Positions 55,348 through 64,000 of a stretch of DNA of 64,000 nt are shown here, one piece after another (the first letter of the stretch is position 1; each line of letters opens with the position of its first letter). Under the pieces are notes generated by a model. That model made no database searches, was not told the origin of the DNA, and saw only the letters and a list, made by a program, of their open reading frames with translations. The DNA comes from Eledone cirrhosa (taxonomy: Eukaryota), in the NCBI GenBank assembly GCA_964016885.1, contig OZ024762.1:18538001-18602000 (forward strand). Direction: 5' to 3'. The position numbers and the translations under genes are program-made.

Positions 55348-55706
55348 ATAATAATAAAATTGAAGACTAAAATTAGTTTCAGAAGATCCCGTTAAGGGTG
55401 AAAGCAGCGATTCTTTGCTTAAACTTTAATCTGTTATTTTAATAAATATATATATATATATATATATATACATTAGCGAATACAATATCCAGATGCACAC
55501 ATACAAACACGCACGCAAAAACACGCATGCATATATATTTATATATATGTCTGTCTCTCTCTCTTTCTCTCTCGCCCTCTCTCTCTCTATATATATATGT
55601 ATATATATATGTATATATATATGTATATATATATGTTTATATATATATATATATATATGCAGTATATATATATGTTTATATATATATATATATATATGCA
55701 GTATAT

Positions 55707-55738
<32 letters not shown>

Positions 55739-55739
55739 A

Positions 55740-55929
55740 CGTTATTCCGGGTTGAATCGGAGGTAACCACAGTAAGTAAGGTACTCAATACATAGCAGAG
55801 TATAACAGTTTTAATATAGATGAGATTCTACAGGACTAGAACTGTTTCATTCATTAGAAATCATCATCATTCCTGATGATTTCTAATGAATGAAACAGTT
55901 CTAGTCCTGTAGAATCTCATCTATATTAA

Positions 55930-55935
<6 letters not shown>
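55740..55935. repeat. Hairpin repeat (apex ~55870) with hammerhead-like core
   Basis: cCTGATGA-tttctaatgaat-GAAAC-agttcta-GTC and its mirror. Confidence 0.75.
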
Positions 55936-55959
<24 letters not shown>

Positions 55960-55969
<10 letters not shown>

Positions 55970-56315
55970 AGATCAAAAGATGGTTAAAGGAGTTCCATGT
56001 ATTTTATTATGCGCATTTCAAAAACAAACATCATCATGCAATAATATTTGTGTTTTCAACAGATAAAACAGATAAAACAGGAGAACATGATATGAAGGCT
56101 AAAAAACACTTGTGAATAGTGCAGTTTTAAATCAACATATATGATATGTTGATTTAAAACTGCACTATCCACAAGTGTTTTTTAGCCTTCATATCATGTT
56201 CTCCTGTTTTATCTGATGAAGACACAAATATTATTGCATGATGATGTTTGTTTTTGAAATGCGCATAATAAAATACATGGAACTCCTTTAACCATCTTTT
56301 AATCTTATATATTAT
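55960..56315. repeat. ~170-bp-arm palindrome; hammerhead at 56209-56271 (+)
   Basis: ttat-CTGATGA-(long stem II)-GAAA-tgcgc-ATA-ataa; apex ~56142. Confidence 0.85.
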
Positions 56316-56403
56316 GTATACTCCAGTCCTACAAACTGTAGAGTGCTTCTTATCCGATATCTGCATTGCTTTATTGTACTACAATAAAACTCACCTCCTA
56401 CAT

Positions 56404-56435
<32 letters not shown>

Positions 56436-56495
56436 TTGGAGCTCTGAAATAGCAATATATATATGGATGTATTGCAAAATACATTATATATGCAT

Positions 56496-56538
<43 letters not shown>

Positions 56539-56563
56539 TAACAGATTAAAGTTTAAGCAAAGA

Positions 56564-56599
<36 letters not shown>

Positions 56600-56639
56600 G
56601 TATATATATGTATATATGTATGTATATATATATATTATG

Positions 56640-57273
56640 TCAGGTCACCAGTTGGTGCTACTGGTAACATGTATCCCAGTACAACCTGTCTCATGGTCGG
56701 GTCGTTGGCGACTAAACTGGCAACCCCACCAAGGTTTCTTGGTGAGGAGGGTGACTTTGGACATCCTGCAGGACTAAAAACAAAACCTGTCAAAGGGCAA
56801 AGGAGCTCTTAAGAGTCAATGGCCATCCAAAATCACCGGGAGAGATGACCCCTTTAGCCTTAGTCAAGGCAGAATTCTAGGAGAAGGAAAACTCTGATAT
56901 AACACCTGCAACCCTGATGGTATCCAATGATGTTGACTTGTTCTTCTTTTTGGTAAATAGCATCTTGGTTAAGAGAGTGGGACTGGCTTTGTGCAGTGCC
57001 TTTGCTCACTATAAAAGCTTCACGGCACAGGCATTGCTTTATATCTGGAGATCTCTCTGCACTTGTCCTCACATGGGCCCAGCACTATGTGTCAATAATT
57101 GTCCTACCATGGGCCTAGCACTATGTGTCAATAATTGTCACAGGTGTAGTGTTTGTACCAGAGGTTTCAAGTCGCTGGCTGGACTAAAAAGTCACACTCG
57201 TTCAGCGCTTCGGTAGGGGTTATCCTACATGGATGTAAAGTAGTGGCCGTACTCGAAAACGAGTTGGCAGCCA

Positions 57274-57276
<3 letters not shown>
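56640..57276 (+). mobile_element. Non-autonomous RTE-derived element (5' UTR-like part plus C2H2 3' end)
   Basis: [17 protein letters not shown]; 3' tail gtggccgtactcgaaaacgagttggcagccacc into (TA)n; partial rc copy at 61613-61900. Confidence 0.7.
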
Positions 57277-57339
<63 letters not shown>

Positions 57340-57652
57340 GTATGTATGTATATATTTATATATATATATATATATATACATACACACCCATCCACCCACA
57401 CATACATACACACAAACACTCTCTACCCCCACATCTATAAATAAATATATAATATATATATATATATAAATAAATAAATATATATATATATAAGTATTGA
57501 AATTTCCGTTGAAAACAGAAAAGGTCATAGAAGTGAAGAGTGCTCTATGTAAGTACCAGAGCAAAATTTAATGTATAAAAATCAATACAATATAATTACC
57601 TCATTACCAGAGGTTTCCCGAATGAGGCGAATACGAAAGAAACGTCTTCATT

Positions 57653-57715
<63 letters not shown>

Positions 57716-57857
57716 AAAAAGAGATGAAATCGAAAATGCAACTGAAGTCTTATTTTAAAAAAAAAAAATATATATTTATTTGGTTCCTTTACCGGTTTCG
57801 CAGTTCTTCTGCTTTTCAAAAGGTGAGTTGAGATGGAGGGTCTGTGGTTTTTCTCAC

Positions 57858-57915
<58 letters not shown>

Positions 57916-57924
57916 TTTTCTCAC

Positions 57925-58025
<101 letters not shown>

Positions 58026-58179
58026 TATATTATATATTATATATTTATCTATAGATGGGGTTCTCTCCCTTCTGACCCCGCACGTGGGTTCAGATAACAG
58101 TCAGTTCCTTAACTTTGCATAGAACAAAATGCCTGTTGAAAAAGTGACTTCCTTGTTCGATCATCATACCAAAAGCTTA

Positions 58180-58288
58180 ATCCCGCCGAGGTTAACTTTG
58201 CCTTTCATCCTTACGGGGTCGATAAAATAAAGTACCAGTAATGTACTGGGTAATTGCTGGCCTTGTGCCAAAAGTAGAAACAATTATT
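58180..58288 (+). mobile_element. SINE 3' half
   Basis: Family consensus. Confidence 0.85.
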
Positions 58289-58576
58289 TGTTTAAGCAGA
58301 CAGCACCTGATTCAGGTGTTGCAGAAACCCCATATTGGATTTTACCACAGTTTCCAGGGTCCGGGTATATTTTTCAATCATATTTTATTATTTGTTTGAC
58401 CCGAATAGCTTGCTCTCTTCTATGGCTTCGCGCTTAATGGTTTAACTATCGTCTCCATGTGTTTGTCCTTTTAACCTATGTTTATTGCTCTAGTTCACTC
58501 GTTTCTGTTGAACGCTTGCCACACATTTCGGAAGTTGTTTTTCGCTAATTTCCAATAGCCGAAATGCGATTCTGGG

Positions 58577-58883
<307 letters not shown>

Positions 58884-59295
58884 TTCATGCATGAGCGCGT
58901 CTGTGTAATTCGCAGGAAAATTGTTCGATATAATATTGAACTGTGAACATGTATGTTTGTATGTGAATAGGTTTATCTGTATTTATAGGTGAAAAGTCTT
59001 CCAGTGGAAATATTTTGACAAGAACTAGGTTAAGCTCTCCGGGGGCGTTTAGCTGAGCTGAATTCTGTTTCCATTTAGGAAATCTAGTGTGAAATGGTGG
59101 TGCAGGTTTAAGTAAGCAGCTTATATCTGCCATTCTTCGTCCTTTTATATATATATTATATATTGCTATAAATATATTATTCTCTTTAGCATATTTACAT
59201 ATTTGCAATCCATCACTACCACACACATAAACACTAATGTATGTATGTATGTATGTATGTATGTATGTATGTATGTATGTATGTATGTATGTATG

Positions 59296-59687
59296 TTTTC
59301 TCTTTCTCTTAATTTCGAGTATATTTTTTTGACCGGCCACCTTCCTGGTGGCAAGGTTGTAAAAGAAAAGAAATTGTCATCCCTTGAATCGCAAGAATGT
59401 TTTGCAAATTTTGAAGGTGCCAGCTATCGCAGCCAATTGTAGACTATGAATTAGGGAGCTGCGCTTTTTGTCCGCAAATCCAAGTTCAGTCATACTTTGG
59501 TCCAAGCGGGTTGGTATATAACCCGTAGCACCAATAATGATGGGTATGAAGCTAAAGGTGTATCTTGGATACTGGATTTGTAAACTCCTCATCAATTGTC
59601 CGTAGATGTCCTCCTTCTCCTGTATTTTTCTGACAACGTTTACATCAAGTGGGCAGCTGATCTCCACAACAGAACACGTTTTCAATG
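59296..59687 (-). mobile_element. Second young R4/Dong-like 3' fragment
   Basis: Almost identical to 3460-3846; (TATG)n on both sides. Confidence 0.92.
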
Positions 59688-59902
59688 TATGTATGTATGT
59701 ATGTATGTATGTATGTATGTATGTATGTATGTATGTATGTATGTATGTATGTATTTGTGTGTGTATGTATGTATGTATGTATGTATGTATGTATATGTGT
59801 ATATATGTATGTATTTTGTATGTGTGTATGTATGTATATATGAATGGACATATATATACACACATGTACACACACACACACACACACGCACACACACACA
59901 AA

Positions 59903-60002
<100 letters not shown>

Positions 60003-61118
60003 CATACATATACTTGTAGGCAGAAACAAGTCTTTGAAAAAATTTCGTTAAAAATATATATTCACTTCTTCACTTGTGATGTTTGCGGGAGTGTATATAC
60101 GTTGTGCCTGGTGCGAGTGTATATATAATCTATATATATTCTAATGGTTTATGTTAAGACACATGCATATAAGTAATATATGCCTAAATAGACCTGCCAC
60201 CTTAAGTCTATATCTATACATTTTATCTTTTCTTCCATTTTAAGAACTTAAGTTTCACAACCTCTCCTGGGAATGAACGCATATATAGACACGATTTTAA
60301 GCAAATAATACAGAAAATAAAATATAATTTATTACATACACATTTCACACACACACACACACACAGACACACACATATATAAATATATATATATATATAG
60401 AGAGAGAGAGCGAGAGATGTATATATACATATATACATGATGATGATGGCTGCGCCCTCGTTATCGAGTATGGCCATTGCACGAGAAAAAAAAAACAAAA
60501 AAAAAAAACAAAACAAAAACAAACATAATAACAATAATAATAATAATAATAACAACAATAATAATAACGACAACAACAATAATAATATACCTATATACAC
60601 ACACGCGCGCACACACTGGTTGGAGTTCATGTACTTTTGCATACATATATACATACATAAATACATACATAAATACATACATACATAAATATATACATAG
60701 ATAAATATATATATATATGTACATATATATATTTATGTATATATACACAGACACACAAACGCACAACACGCACACACAAACTCTCACTCTCTCACACACA
60801 AACACACGTATATATATATATAGAGAGAGAGATGTATGTATATATAAATATATACATACATAAATATATATATATATTATATATATAGTAATAATAATAA
60901 ATTTATATATATGTACATATATATATATTTATGTATGTATATATATATATATATATATATATTTATGGTATGTGTAAATATGTATCTGGTAAGTTCATCT
61001 CGTCCATTCCGTTCTAATGAATACAAAGAATCCACTTTTCTTAAAGCTATTTAATAAAGACCATTGAATGTAAAGCACACTCAAATAGACACTTATATAT
61101 AATCTCTCTCTTTATATA

Positions 61119-61238
<120 letters not shown>

Positions 61239-61513
61239 AATATATATATAGAGAGAATTAGTACATCTACCAACATATGTGTACAGATGTACACCAATGC
61301 TAGCAAATATATATGTTATTAAGTAAGTTGATTTTTAATTTTTAAAATTTTCTTATTTTACGTCTTTCATATAAATATATATATATATGTATAAATATAT
61401 ATATTGTTATACTTGGGGAGGGTCATATTTGTGTAATATTGCCAGAATTAATAACAGAACACACTCACTGTTTGGTTGGTTTTCGCTAAATATATATACA
61501 TATATATATATAA

Positions 61514-61956
<443 letters not shown>

Positions 61957-62634
61957 ATATAAATATGGAGCATGGCTTTGAAGGGAGACTAAAGTATCAT
62001 TCGGCGGCATTACAATATCACAAATATACTACATTTACTTACATAATCTCTACCACAGCCGTTAAGTACCACACGCCACCACCGGTCAACTAATAAGTTG
62101 TTTACTTACTACAGTATGTCGTTTAGTCACCGAAACTGATGCTGCACGGTCCATTTTCTGTTATTTGACTTTCTTTCTTCATAGAAAACTATGATATATT
62201 ATCAACTTATATTTTTACTATCAGGTTAATTTACCTATTATTGTCATATAATTTTCACCCCCAGTTTTCATTGCATAAGGACAAATTACTGAAACTAACA
62301 CTAAAAACATTTTTCGAAATGATGCCACGAAAATCTTTTAGAAAAGGTAAACAAAAATGTAAATTATCTTTAAATTACTTGGCACATTAATACATTAACC
62401 AAAAGCTCAGTCTGGACATTTTTGTTTTTTCCCCTATATATATATATATATATAGTAATAATTGTTTCTACTTTTGGAACAAGGCCACAAGGGCCGTAAC
62501 TCTATGCGTCTAAGCATGGCGTCCGACCCTCTACTGATACTGCCAATCCACCGTTATATATATAGTAATAATAAATGAAGATCCCATTAAGGGTGAAAGC
62601 AGCGATTTTGCTTAAACTTTAATCTGTTCTTATA

Positions 62635-62666
<32 letters not shown>

Positions 62667-62670
62667 ATAT

Positions 62671-62744
<74 letters not shown>

Positions 62745-62829
62745 CTGTATGTGTGTGAGTGTGTGTATGTATATATGTTTGTATATATATATATATATAA
62801 AGAATTAATATCTAGTAACATGTATATAC

Positions 62830-63560
62830 ATTATAAAATTAACTTACTTACTAAAATGTCACTTCCAACTAATTAGTTTCTGGAATGGAGTAAATATATT
62901 TTCCGAAGAAAACATAGAGAAACATTCTCTATGTTTTCTTCGGAAAATATATTTATTCCATTCCAGAAACTAATTAGTTGGAAGTGATATTTTAGTAAGT
63001 AAATTAATTTTCTAATTTTCTTATTTTACGTCTCTCATATTATTGTTCTGCAACCCCATGCATTGAACCACAAAGTTACTAAGACAAAACCTATATATTT
63101 GCTAGCATATATATGCATCTGTATGTATATACATGTTACTAGATATTAATTCTTTATAATTATCTCCAAATTATTTGTCGAGCAATATTGGCCACGACTG
63201 CTGCTATGGTAGCAGGCAGGCCACTGTCTTATTAGCAAACCACTTTCCACTGATTGACCTCGATGTCACGTGATTGATTCTTTTTGAATTTGCCACCGAC
63301 GTAGAGGCAGTGATTTTCTCAATGGTTAGGAATTCAGTCCACGCTTTGCTATTTTCTATCCACTGAATTATTTTTTAATAAGTTTCCAGTGTCCACGCTT
63401 TGCCTGGTTACTTAGATGAGAATAGTCTTCCCTGACGACGGAATGTTTCTCTGTGTTTTCTTCGGAAAATATATTTACTCCATTCCAGAAACTAATTAGT
63501 TGGAAGTGATATTTTAGTAAGTAAGTTAATTTTATAATTTTCTTATTTTACGTCTCTCAT
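62830..63560. mobile_element. Penelope-like remnant: hairpin 62830-63040, degenerate endonuclease debris, hammerhead-like motif 63425-63482
   Basis: cc-CTGACGA-cgga..ttcg-GAAA-atatatTTA; the family also occurs at 28230-28360. Confidence 0.6.
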
Positions 63561-64000
63561 ATATATGTATAGATTACATGAAACAAAGTTCTGTTTAAAT
63601 CATTTATCTGCTTACAATTGTTTCTTCCAAACCGAGGTTTGGATTCTTCGGAGCAATTATTAAGTGATTTTTAACATACTTGACCTCCTTTTCAACACAA
63701 GAATGGATGTCAACCCACTGTGGGTCAATGTATACATATGTTTCTATATGTCTCTTGTGTTGAAAAGGTGGTCAAGTATGCATCGTTATTGTACTCTAAT
63801 ATTTTACCGCGTTGCTTTTCGTTATTAATTTTTATCTTTCTAACACACACGCAAAATTTATGTACATATATACATATACACACATACGTATATACATACA
63901 TTTACACACACACACATACACACATATATATATATTTATATACAAAAATGCACACACACATATCTATTTCTAAACAAATATGCACACGCACACACTGACA

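Overview
Eukaryotic, AT-rich, microsatellite-saturated animal DNA. The SINE/LINE complement suggests an octopus or other cephalopod, but that is an inference. Almost all ORFs in the supplied track are translations of (TA)n/(CA)n/(TATG)n/(TGG)n repeats. Two convergent, spliced, paralogous genes encode an unannotated, probably secreted protein family of ~265-340 aa. Gene A is on the + strand (~16.1-22.8 kb) and has a duplicated, strongly diverged terminal exon with Thr/Pro-rich tails. Gene B is on the - strand (37820-32589) with 4 exons, an intact 265-aa frame and a signal peptide. The rest is TE debris: tRNA-derived SINEs and RTE, CR1/L2, L1-Tx1, R4/Dong-like, CRE-like and Penelope fragments. 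The window also holds a dense set of short hammerhead-ribozyme-bearing repeats, apparently Penelope pseudo-LTR remnants, mostly inserted in (TA)n tracts and often arranged as fold-back hairpins. There is one 200-N assembly gap.
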